Assembly (NCBI GenBank): GCA_026770705.1
Contig: JANJGN010000007.1
Span: forward strand, 108,996,001 to 109,060,000
DNA length: 64,000 bases
Source of the DNA: Isurus oxyrinchus
Lineage: Eukaryota
Reading direction: 5' to 3'
How positions within the stretch are numbered: the stretch's first letter is position 1; each line of letters opens with the position of its first letter. Positions 26,350 through 37,870 of the stretch are shown one piece after another. The translations under genes and the position numbers were made by a program. Below the pieces are notes generated by a model. The model was not told where the DNA came from. It did not search any database and saw only the letters and a list, made by a program, of their open reading frames with translations.

Positions 26350-26452
26350 CATGGTGCAATTGTACCTCACTATATTCCTATTCTTGCAAATTATATGGTT
26401 GCGCAGCATGTCAGCTTCGCATATTTTGCGTAAACTTTGACTTTGGTGTCGT

Positions 26453-26471
26453 CGGTATCAGGTGGCGCTAG
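26453..26471 (+). promoter_or_regulatory. CTCF-like motif
   Basis: atcAGGTGGCGCTag matches the 3' core of the CTCF consensus; a weaker tagatggcac lies at ~26710. Confidence 0.3.
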
Positions 26472-29214
26472 CGACAACAAATGTGATGGTAGCAAGGTTG
26501 AGTTAAATACCTCTACTATGGGGACAATCATCCCTAGTGAGGGATAACCTATGGAGTGAATAATGATGAAAGAGGTCTGGCCGCTGTTCATATCTAAAGC
26601 GCGCAATCGTTACGAGGCTTCAACTATAAAAATAGTATGACAAAGTCATTCGTTGACGTTGCCGACAGCTAACCAGAGGTTGGAAGCAAGTTAACGCGAG
26701 TGCAAACAAATAGATGGCACATTTGACACTGATATTCCTAAGATTTATTTTCACACAGGGTTAGTCAATATTCGAATAAGAATTCCAGTGCAAATACAAA
26801 TTAATCCACTGAAATAGTTCAGAAACAAAAGGATACTTTGTTCGGGGACTGTAAGGCCTTTCCACACCAAGACCCATTTTTATTTTCTCATCTGTGCCTA
26901 TTTTGCACTCATGACACCTACTACAAGTTATAGGAATGTTTCCACTTTCCCCATATGGGTCAAGTGTTACAATCTTTCTCGACATACCCTTTGGGCTCAG
27001 GTTTCAAGAATGATCAGTCTGGTAAGGGTGAATGGTACAGTAAGGCAAATGATTCCGGAGTACACGCACCTGATTCACTTTCAAGAGCCGAACAACAGTG
27101 GGAGGAAAATAAGGAACATTTTGTTTAGATCTACTTCATTTTTGAAAGCAGGCGAAGTAGCTTAAACTTATACCATTATGGCGTTTACATAGTATGTTTT
27201 CATCTTCAGTTTGCTAGTGATTTTGGGCTCATCTTTTTGTCATGAGGTAATTATGCTACATGCTCTTCTCCGTGAAGTTTCGTTACAACTGAATGTGTTA
27301 CTCGCCCTTTTCAGAAGACCGGTCAAAGCCAAACATATGAATTTAGGACTGGGTCACATATAATCCAGGCGCCAGATATGTTCCCTTAACGGACTGAACC
27401 ATAAGTTCACCGTTAGTTCATTAGTGAAAGACTTCGGCTATTACAACAATCTTTTTTTACAACAATCCAACAACGTCGTGGCCGGATTTACTGATAACAA
27501 CTACTTTCGCAGTTAGTCACATCCATATTGCGATTTACCTCAAACATTTTTAGTAAATGATGTTTCTTGCTTCATGGCGTTTTATTTCTAAACGGATTTA
27601 AATTCTCAAATTGCAATATTGAGATATCTAGTAACACTCGTTGGATTGCTTCTAGTAACATAAACATTAAGCAATCGCATTTATTGCAATTCTTGAATTA
27701 GGAAACAACAATTTTGTGTTTTGTCAATAGTGAGACAGTGAGCCGTTTTCTCTTGCGTAACTGCTCCCTCGCAACAGAACAGACCACTGCCAATTCACTT
27801 ACTTTTTTTGCGAGTGATATTACTTGACCTACGGAAAATCCATCCATAACCAGCATATGGCTTATTATATTCGGCATATTTCGACAGTGAATTTTACTGG
27901 ATGACTTAACAATAACACTTGTACTTAAGCAACCGAAGTTTCCTGACCATAAATGTAATTATAAAGGACCGGAAAGGCACCAGTCCTCGCGGCACGTCCG
28001 TTTTTATCAAATTGCGAAACAGTGCCGTATCATTGCAACAGGCTGAATGAGATAAATGTAGCTTCTTATTATGCAAGTTTTCTTGATAATATTGCAACGT
28101 TCAAATCAAAATAACAGAAATATTGCTCTAATGAAAACAATGAAAGGTTTTGAGAAATGAATTTCTTGCCCCTCCATCTCTCTCCCTCTCCATAATATTT
28201 TGTTAGAACAAGCCATTTTTCAAGGAGGTTACTTTCTAACTCATGGCACATTTTGTTTTCAATGCAGATTTATTCGCAAAATGGAAAGCCGTTCAAAAGT
28301 ATTTCCTCGGACCAAAGATATAGCTATAATCTGAAACATTTCTCATAATCGAATCTAGTTCCATTAGGAAATGGCATATGTCATGTCGGGTCTTTGGACT
28401 GTCCCAGTATTTATGTAAAACGTTTCACAGGTAGGGCTTGCTTTATTCTTCAGTAGTTAATCAATCTTAAGATAACACCAAGATTGGCATGAAATACTTG
28501 AAGCTGGTGGTTTTCACCAGGTACGATAATAAGGTAACGTGAAACAAACGACACAAGATGTGTATGAGCTGTCATGAGGTAGGGTCAATATTTACATAGG
28601 CACCCAATAATGGAATAAAAAATGCAGAGAAAGACACATCAAGAGTCAACTGTATCATTCATAGCTCTTTCCGTGCACCAATAAATCAGACAATATCTTT
28701 AGGCAATAATGAATCATTTAACAATTTAAGCAGAGCAATGCATAAAGAATATAATGCAGCGTGAATCTTCGCTGAAAGAATTAAAAAAATAAAATAAATA
28801 GAATTTAAAGGTGTGTGTAATGTGACAATAATCTTGTTCCGTGTATGCAATATGTTTTATTGCTCCAGGCTATCTGCGGCGCAGGCTACTCGCGTTAACG
28901 TCACGGAGATGTTCAGTTAATATTCAGAAGCAGCAATAGAAATTCATAACACATGAGCTGCTCATGACATGGTTTGTACAGAAATATGATGTAGAAATCG
29001 GAAGAATCTTTTCTCTGCTTGTTCAGCTTTTCTCAGTACAATCCCCAAGCAGGATATTGCGTGTACAATGAAATAAATAAACATAAAACATATTTCAAGC
29101 CATATGTACATATGTTCTTTATTTAATTGTTATTATAATATAATATTAATGAATACATTATTTAATTTCACCTGGCTGGGAGTGGAGTTGGGGGTGGGTA
29201 GGTTGCGGGAGTGG

Positions 29215-29535
29215 CGCCTTTAACCGGGGGACGCCGTCTCAGAATAAGGATAGGTCGTTTAGGAAAGAGATTACCAAGAATTTCTTCACTCAAGGGTGGT
29301 GAATCTTTGGAATTGTTTGCATCAGAGGGCTGTGAAGACTCAATCATTGAGTATGTTCAAGACAGGCATCGATAGATTTCTGGACAGTAAAGAATTCAAG
29401 GGATGTGTGGATGCGGGGAATGCCGTTGTGGTACATGATCAGCCATGATCTAATTGAATGGCTGAGCTTGTCTGAGAGACGGATTGGCCTACTTCTGCTC
29501 CTATTTCCCATGTTCCTACGTTTCTATGTTCCTAT
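29215..29535 (+). mobile_element. CR1 3' end
   Basis: tttcttcactcaagggtggtgaatctttggaat...gatcagccatgatc...(tatgttcc/t)n tail. Confidence 0.8.
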
Positions 29536-30059
29536 GGAACGGAAGATATTTAATTCAAATATTGTGCAATAGATATTACAAGATGGCAGTCTGACAATAT
29601 TTACTACAATTTTAACTTTGTCTGGCAATATATGCATTTCAACTGCATTTCCCTTGGTACTTGATATGGATCCACCAGAGAGTCAAGAGTTATGCTGAAA
29701 TATTTTCAATACGTAAGAGATAATGAAATATTTCCGTGTGTTGCTTGCGGTTGTCGGACTTGTGATTCTGACTTTTATCCCTTCTGTGCCCGTCGCTGTT
29801 TTCCCGAGGTGCTGGATTTTATTATCGTATAACTGCCCCTTTAAACTTGGATTTCTATACGCTCATCTACGCAGCCTTTGGTGACCGGAGGCTTTTCGAT
29901 TGCGAGGGCAACATACCTGAAGTCCAATATTTCCCCTCACGGTATTAACGCGTGTGTTTTCTACCAAATTGATAGGGTAAGAACACGAAATCAGCTGATT
30001 CATTTTATTCACTCATAAATCGATTTCTTACATCTCTATCATCTTTCTATGTGCCAGTG

Positions 30060-30520
30060 AAACAATCCGCTTCCATATGCGGAAAGACCAGAGCAACGTT
30101 CACGCTTGGGGTAATGAATGGCAAATAATGTTCGAATCGCAAGCTTGTCAGGAAAGGGCCATCTCCAATAAGAGAGGGAGTAACTATCTACCCTCGATAT
30201 TCAATGACATTATCGTCGCGGAATCTCACATCATCAACATGTTGGGGCCAGCATTAACCAGCCACCTAATTGTCCCAACCATATAAATATTGAGACTGCA
30301 AGAGTTAGGTCAGAGGCTAGGAATTCTGCGGCCAGTCTCTTAAATCCTGACTCCCAAAAAAGCCGATCCGCTATCTGCAAGGCACAAGTCAGTCATGTGG
30401 CCATATAACCCAATTTCCCTGGATGAATTCAGTTCTAAGAACACTCAAAAATCTCAACCCCATCAATGTCAAAGCAACTCGTTTGACTGGCACCCTATTG
30501 ATCACCTGAAACACTAGTGA
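30060..30520 (+). mobile_element. LINE RT fragment (second CR1-group family)
   Basis: D.SNVHAWGNEWQIMF...CQ..AISNKR motif. Confidence 0.6.
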
Positions 30521-31289
30521 AGATTCATAACCTGCTCCTGATGCCAACGGCAAGGTGGGATTTTTCTATATCCGAATTACGATATAAAATAATATATTGA
30601 AAAACTGTCTACTCACATCGCCATCACATGAGTGTTAGTGTTGTGATTAGCAATGGATGTATTATTAAAGATCTGCAGTTATATCAATGTTGTTAAACGG
30701 CTGCATCCGCAGAGGAATGAAACCTCTCATACGGAGTGCAAATTAACTTGCCCCAATCAATAATAAATTAGGCCATGAAAATAAACAAAAAAATAAGTTT
30801 ATTTAAATAAAAGCAAAATTTGTTTAAATGCTACTTTTCCTCCCAGCGCCTTCAGGCTTTATGCAGGGAACCCCTCACAGCCCACTAACTCCGTTGTCTA
30901 TTAATACCAAGGGCATTGCTTTGACTCCTGTATGAGATAAGAAATTTCTTAAATATTTTAATCAAATCATTTTTATTGGTTCTCACCACAAATAATTGCC
31001 ACAAGTCAATTATCCATAGTCTCTGTTTGCATTGGAAGTTGGGGAATCCGTTCACTAAATTTCCTGATTGTACGATTTTATCAATCACCGAATCATCAGA
31101 AGCATGTTGCCCTGAGTGAACAGTTGATAAATGGTAGGTACAGTGGATACATGAACTTGCAGTTTGTTCAGGATTGCATAGAATTGGTAGTCTGTATCAA
31201 GCCAACTTGTTTGTTTAATGGAGCAGCTGACACTGAGGCTGACAATGTGCCTGGGCAGGAAATCGTCTCCTTATTCTTGCGGCACAAAA

Positions 31290-31720
31290 ACACACAACTG
31301 TTGAGTAAAGGCACTTCTTGTCCATTCAGCCCTAAATGATAATCCAGATATCGTGAGCTTGTACCTCCTAGTTTTCTCTTCCCTAGGGAGGGAAACACCC
31401 TCCAAGTAGCTGCCCTGTCAAGCTCTTTTAGAAATGTATATATTTCAATATGAAAACCCCTTATTCTTCTTAATTATGACGAATATAGGCCTAGCCTACT
31501 AATTTTTCCTCTCATAGTACAATACCCTAATCACAGGAATAAGTTCAGGGAACATCTGTTGTAGTCCTTCTAAGCTAAATGCATACCTCTGTCGATGAGA
31601 AGATCAAAATTGTACACAGGAATCCAGGTATGGCAGATGTCGTCTCATCAAGGCGCTGCATAATGGTAGGAAAACCTTTTTATCCTTATATTCTCACAGA
31701 TGTAGCAGTAGTGACATCCC
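31290..31720 (-). mobile_element. CR1 fragment
   Basis: Similar to 10250-10590 and 12630-12980. Confidence 0.6.
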
Positions 31721-32189
31721 CATCTCACTGGCCACGTCATTACATTAATGCAAGACATACCTTCACCATAACTCTCATTCTGTGCACACCCTTTTACAAC
31801 CTCTACCTTAAGTGCTCATCATTGGTGATGGCTCACAACTGCATAAATCAACAATTAAACCATTAACGAATGCAGTATAGAAACTTTAAGGGAGTTCTCT
31901 CATCTAACACTTTGTCCTTCAGCATAAACACTTGCTATCAAGGGAATTGCAAGTGGAAGGTTTTGACAGAGGTGGACTAAAACTATAGCGCAAGAGAATG
32001 GAAAGACCAGCTGGCATCTGACTGATCAACCCAGTATTCGTGATGCCCCAAGGCGAAAGAGGAGCAACGCAGGAAGAGTGAGGACCACAGCAACATCAGT
32101 ATGTCCAGGAAGAGGGTCAGGCTTTGGATGATCATGTTGGAGAAGGGCGCAGACTTGTACACTATGAAACTTCCACCCGAAGATAAGCC

Positions 32190-32800
32190 GTTTAGCGACA
32201 CAGAGTATATCATATATGGCTTAATTATCTGCAGATGTCTGAGCAGCAATGTCAGTACAGACTTGGGAACTCCATAGAGGCCATCACTGATTTATCCACT
32301 GTGCTCTAAGTCGAGCTGAGACCAACGGGGTAAGGCAGACAAAATTGCAATGCCTCTGAAAATCACCATTGCTTACAACGTTCATGCCTCTGGATCTTTG
32401 CCCGAATCCACTAGGAACGTGTGACTTCTTCCAGGCTGCCACCCTTCGTTGCATCATGGAAATGAACAGTGTCGTGATCAAGAGCGCCACCGATTAAGTG
32501 CGCTACCAAACACTATAGGAAAACAGGCAGAAAGGTCGACTTGATTCAGGGCCATTGCAGGATGCCCCCATATAAAAAGTGTAATTCACTGCATGCATGT
32601 AGCCATCATGAACCTCAGCCATCACTCCGTGTTCTTTATGAAGAGAAGGGCTTTCACTCCATCAATGACCAATTAATCTGTAACCTCCAAAAACAGATAC
32701 TTTAGGCGTGTGTCCTGTTTCTGAGAGCAGCTACAATGGATATTGGCTTCGACAGTTGTAAGTTGCACCGCAGTTCTGACCACCTGAGTGCCCGCAGGGG
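32190..32800 (+). pseudogene. PIF/Harbinger (HARBI1-like) transposase remnant
   Basis: LNYLQMSEQQCQYRLG, PLKITIAYNVHASGS, FRAIAGCPHIKSVIHCMHVAI (cf. AGFP.V.GAIDCTHV.I) and KGFHSINDQLIC; contains stops and frameshifts. Confidence 0.75.
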
Positions 32801-34299
32801 TGGATTCTCGAAGGAAAGAGTCACCAATTGAAGGCCTGGCCACTCATGCCTTTGATGAAGCCTCCCCAGGACCACCACCCACCGCCCCCCACCTCGCCAA
32901 CTGCCGCGGAGCGAAGAAGAATATAGCTGTACCGCAATATAACAAGGGGTAACAATAGCAGCGGCATTCCTGTCAAAGCATTTACAATTATGCGGAATTC
33001 ACTGACATGTGCCTTTTTTGCCTTTTACTATTCTGGGCAAAAATAACAGTTCAGGATCCCCTATGATAAACGGAAGACTGCAACAATACTTGGAGAAATT
33101 TCGTGCAAAAAATTTGTTCAATGTCGCTTTGGTAGAGGTACGGAAAATAAAGCGCCAGTAATTAGAAAAATACATCTGCGATTATTTTATATTTGCATAA
33201 TTTCGAAAAGTATCAAGAAAGCATCATAAATACCGTATTCAGGAAACGAGATAAAGCTACGAAATAAAGTGCAATCGTGGTTGATTGCGAATATTCCTCT
33301 TGTCGATATTCATGCGGCGGTTTCACACGATGTTGAAATGAGCTAAATTTAAAAATTAAACTGTTGCTGTGGAAAAGCGAAACATTGGACCGCATTCTTT
33401 ATTTAGCTGGGGAAGGTCAGTTGTCTTTCTGTTAGGAAAATATTTGAGAAAAGCAAAAACCACACGGTCAGAATGTTCTCTGCCCAACCCGCACCACTCC
33501 CTCCTCCATCGCCCCCCTCCCGCCTTACATTTCAATGGAATACGTGATTATTCGAAAATACTGACAACTAACGTTGCCATATCTGAAAAATGTTATAATC
33601 CGCAACCAGGTTATCAAAGCAGTCCAGACACTCATTATACACACTCCAGTTTGAAGCAATTGGGTCAGTACCCAGAGGTCACAGAAACATTGCAAAATAG
33701 TTGCAAAAGAAAGGGAAATTAAGAGAATTATTTTCCAATAATGGCGGGTTGGATCAAACAGCATGTCCCAAATGCTGCTCGCAATAGCAGCGTAAAAATC
33801 TTACCCAACCAGCCCGTGCTTGCAAAACTCGAAACCCAGAGCTCAATATTATATGTGGTTCCACGATTGGACGACATTTGCTCAGGAATCCTGAATGTGC
33901 TAAAAATGCCGCTGACCATCGATTTATCATTGGCAATCGGGATCGCAGTGTAGCGCATTTGCTTGTACTGGAGGCTATATTAATAAACAGGGCCCTGTTC
34001 TTTGCAGATAGCTATAACATATTGGGCATGCTTCAGCTAAAAATAAGTCATAGCTCATTCATTCCTCAATTACGGTCAAGCTGCCTGGTTCAAATTTCAA
34101 ACAATTTTGGACAGTTAACTGACAGTCACCATCAGTGGTGCATTTTCTAGGGCACCGCCACTTTTCAACGAATCAGCACTCTCTGCACAGACAGTGTAAT
34201 TTATTGTCTTCCACATATATTGATATTCTTGCGAGCGTCCTGATGAGTGCAAAATGAAAAGCTTAGACATGTCTCTTTTTTCAGCCGTTACCTACGGAT

Positions 34300-34970
34300 G
34301 GTGGGTCCACCGGGTGGAATGTTTCCCTTTTGTTGGAATGCATCTGTTCTGTGTATTCTGAAATATCCCCTTGAACGTCCGCTAGTGCATCGCTATTGAC
34401 CTATCACTTAACCTAAGTCGCCAGTTTCCTTTTGCTAGCTCTGCTTTCATGCCCTTATATTTGCCCTTACCGAGGTTGAAAATATTAGTCTTAGATCCAC
34501 TATTCTCTCCCTCAAATTGATGGTAAAATTTAATCATAATATGATCACTGCTACCTAGATGTGCCTTCACTATGTGGTCTTTAACTTGTCGCATTTCATT
34601 GCTCAATACCAAATCTCGTGAAGCCTGGTCCCTGATTCGCTCCAGAACACGCTGTTCTAAGAAACTATCTCAACAACATTCCATGGAGTCCTCATTTAGG
34701 CTACCTTTGCCCATCTGATTTTTCCCGTCCACATTTAGATTAAAACCCCCCATGATATTCATTGTGCCTTTCTGACAACTCCCATTGTTTCTTTTCTGAT
34801 ACCCCATCCTGCCGTGTAGTTAGTGTAAGAGGACTTGGACACCACTCCCAGAAATCACTTTTGCTTTTGTCATTCATCATCTCTACCCAAACCACTTCCA
34901 TGTTCGGATTTCCGGAACTTAGGTCATCCCTTGAGCTAATATCATCTTCAATTAACAAATCCACCCCCTC
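34300..34970 (-). mobile_element. CR1 endonuclease-region fragment
   Basis: HLGSSDHIMIKF, KGKYKGMKAELA and EVVWVEM motifs. Confidence 0.8.
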
Positions 34971-34979
34971 AACCTCGAA

Positions 34980-35843
34980 CTCGGCAGATCCCTCTTAGCC
35001 CCCTGGCAGCCTTCACTGAACATTTTCTGCTGGTTTTGAATTCCCCATTGGTCCTGAAGACCGCCAGGGTCCCGCCTCCGCTCAGCCCTTATAACCAGTG
35101 AAAAAACGTTAGGGCGAACGTCAATCGGCCACTGAGCGTGAATTCGCGTTGAAAACAATGGCGAGAATTTTGTGTTCTGAGGTCTGGCGTGCGCCCGACT
35201 GAAACTGGCATAAGGCCCTGCGAGATGACGTGGGGCGAGCGTCCCGATGTTAACACGCACTCGCGCGATATTTCACTCCGCGGGCACGCGCAAAAGCCGG
35301 AAGCGCGTCTGTGGACAAGTGAGCCGGCAATTGAGCCCAATATCAGCACAACTGAAAGTGATTTCTCGTGGTCCGTCCAACCTTACTGATGCCGGAAGGG
35401 CCATTTGGGCAGGCGGGCTTTACATTTTTGATGAAATTTCATTCAAGAGCAGGAAGACACTTCGTTAGTGTTTAAAATGAAAATGAATACCTGGGGACAT
35501 TTTTAAAAGTGAGGTATGCTTTCAGGTGCTTGATTGTTCTGCATGGACTTTTTCCAGCATTTTTGTTATTTATTTTATTACTTGGATGTCTGCAGCTCCG
35601 TGAGGCAGCTGTTTGCCTTTAGGGTAATCAGTGGAAGCGCTCACCAGCACCAGTGATGACGTCGGCGCTCGCATTTTCCTGCTACCAAAGGTATTTTTCC
35701 AGGCGCATTTCACACTGGCTGGCTGCAAATTGGCCAGCCAGCGTAAGATTGTGTTCATAGCGCGATCTCAGCCGGGAGCAGATTCTACATCCCCTTGCCT
35801 GGCTGCCGACTTCGCACGCAATCCAGGCGTTAAATTTGGGCCC
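34980..35843. mobile_element. CpG-rich MITE-like non-autonomous DNA element
   Basis: GC/CpG-rich non-coding block; ggcgagaatttt (~35160) and aaatttgggccc (~35832) resemble degenerate inverted ends. Confidence 0.4.
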
Positions 35844-35879
35844 TCGGTTCGAGGGCTCCCTGGCGCAGGCTAGTCCGTC

Positions 35880-37500
35880 ACTTTAATATTCTTCGCGCTG
35901 ATGATAAGGCCCCGAAGTTATCAGAAGCAATCGAGAACTAGTCCTTGCTACGTTGGATGTCCAACTCTGATCCGGAGTTTAGTGCAAAGTCATCAACAAA
36001 CATGAAATTGTGAAATACCATGTGCAGACCTTCATCATTGCCTCGAGTCGCCTCACGTTAAGCAGCTTCCCATCCACGTAATATTTGATTTCAGTGACTG
36101 GATAGCCATCACAGAAGGTGTTGGAGAGCATGGCAAAGATAAAGATATGTTTAAGACGCAGCCCTGGGTAACCCCGCTAGTGTCTAGGAATGGGACAGAC
36201 GACTCACTATCTCCAGGATACGCTTGTGGATGCCGTTGTAGGACTGGTTGAACCATTGTGATTTAATTCCCAGGACGGCCAAATTTCTCCATTACGTTAA
36301 AAATGCCCTCATGACAGACTTTGTTGTAGGCCTTTGTCGGGTCAACAAGCGTGACGTAGTGGTCCATGTTTATTTGTTGGCATTTCTCCTGGAGCCGTAC
36401 AATTGCAAACAGTGTATCAGTGGTCCGTCGACATTTCCTCAGACTAAGCTGACTCTCTGGCGAGATGCTGCCCGGTGAAGGTGTTGCACTAAACTTTCAG
36501 AAGGATTCGGGTGAAGATTTTGCTGGTGATGGAGCATGCCAAATTCTTCTTCATTGATTGATGAAGGGAAATTGAGCGTGCCTTTAAAGTGTTCCGCCTA
36601 TCTTTTTAGAATCGGCGTTTTTTTCTGTGAGCAGTAGTGACATGATGACATTGAGAAATGGTGATGAACAAATAGGCAGGCCACGGTAGACAGATTTCAG
36701 AGCATCATAAAATCACTTTCAGTCTTTGTGGCTGGCATAGGACAGAAGCTCCTCTGCCTATTTGATTCCGCCAAGTTTCTTACATCTTTCTGAGCTTGCA
36801 TTGGACAGTCCTGTGGATGTGGATGTGCTTGGACAGTGATGATTCTTCATTGAAGTAAGCGCTGCAGAGGCAAAGTTCTTCTCCAGTTGTTTCTGGAAGT
36901 CCTCATTTTTCCTTCGAATCTGTCTTGATGTTTACAAGAGGCAGGGCCAATTGTCTCTGGAGCAGTGGAGTACATCGTATACCTCAAGATCAGCTATCCA
37001 ACCTAATTAATTTAGAGTTTAGAGTCCATTGTTCCTGTAGATAGGAGACTCTTGAGTTTTGCAGAAAGATATTCCTTCACGATAGCGTGTTTGAGCCTTG
37101 AGACATTGAGACGTGTCTGAACCTAAGTGCCCTGGACTGGTCTAGCGGTATAGAACTTTTTGTTTTACTTTGAAACGATAGAGTGGTAGTCAGTCCAACA
37201 AGTCAATGCCACACTTAGTTTTCGTTACACGCACATCCTGTCTGTCCCTCTACCCGCTGATGACATAGTTGATTCTGTTCCAATGCATGTAACAGGCGTG
37301 CACTCAAGATGCCTCATTGCGATTAGGGGGATGCGAAACTGGGTTGTTGATTCAGGGCTCATTGTCAGCACACAGCTCCAAGAGACCATTGCTGTTGCAA
37401 CTGTCGACCAGTCTTTTCCAATGACGCTTTCCATGCTGGTGATCTGCACCAACACTTGCATTTTAGTCACAAAGAATGATAAGCTTGTCTGACATTGGTG
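35880..37500 (-). mobile_element. RTE-clade LINE remnant
   Basis: Minus strand reads DKLIILCD.NASVGADH, CNSNGLLELCA, PNRNEAS.VH, INYVI, RDRQDVRVTK (APE domain) and SGVTQGCVL (RT). Confidence 0.75.
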
Positions 37501-37870
37501 CAGCAACAATCAAGGAGTAGTAATTTTGTGCACTGCAAACGCCAACAAAGAGCAATATGATAATAATCAGGTAATGTGCTTCTGTAAAGTTGGTTGAGGG
37601 TTTACTATTGCGCAGGACACCAGGGTAACTCCACTCCTCTTCTTCAAAAAAGCACCATGGGATCATTTATCTCCAGCATAGCCAGCAGTTGGAGCCTCAG
37701 TATCATGTCTCATCCGAATAATGGCAGATACAACAGTGCAGCATTCCCTCAGAACTGCACTGGAGTTTCAGCCTTGCTTTTTGTGTCCAAGCCTTGGAAT
37801 GTGACTTTAACCCTGAACCTTGTCACTCAAAGGCGAGACTGCTGCCAACTAAGTCATAACTGACTGAGAT
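37500..37870 (-). mobile_element. Deu-domain-type SINE
   Basis: acagtgcagcattccctcagaactgcactggag core and a tRNA-like head (gactgctgccaactaagtca) on the minus strand. Confidence 0.65.

Noticed and set aside
28515-28585. Possible relic of exon 5 from a third paralogue
   Set aside because: Only a few matching bases, an in-frame stop, and no neighbouring homologous exons found.
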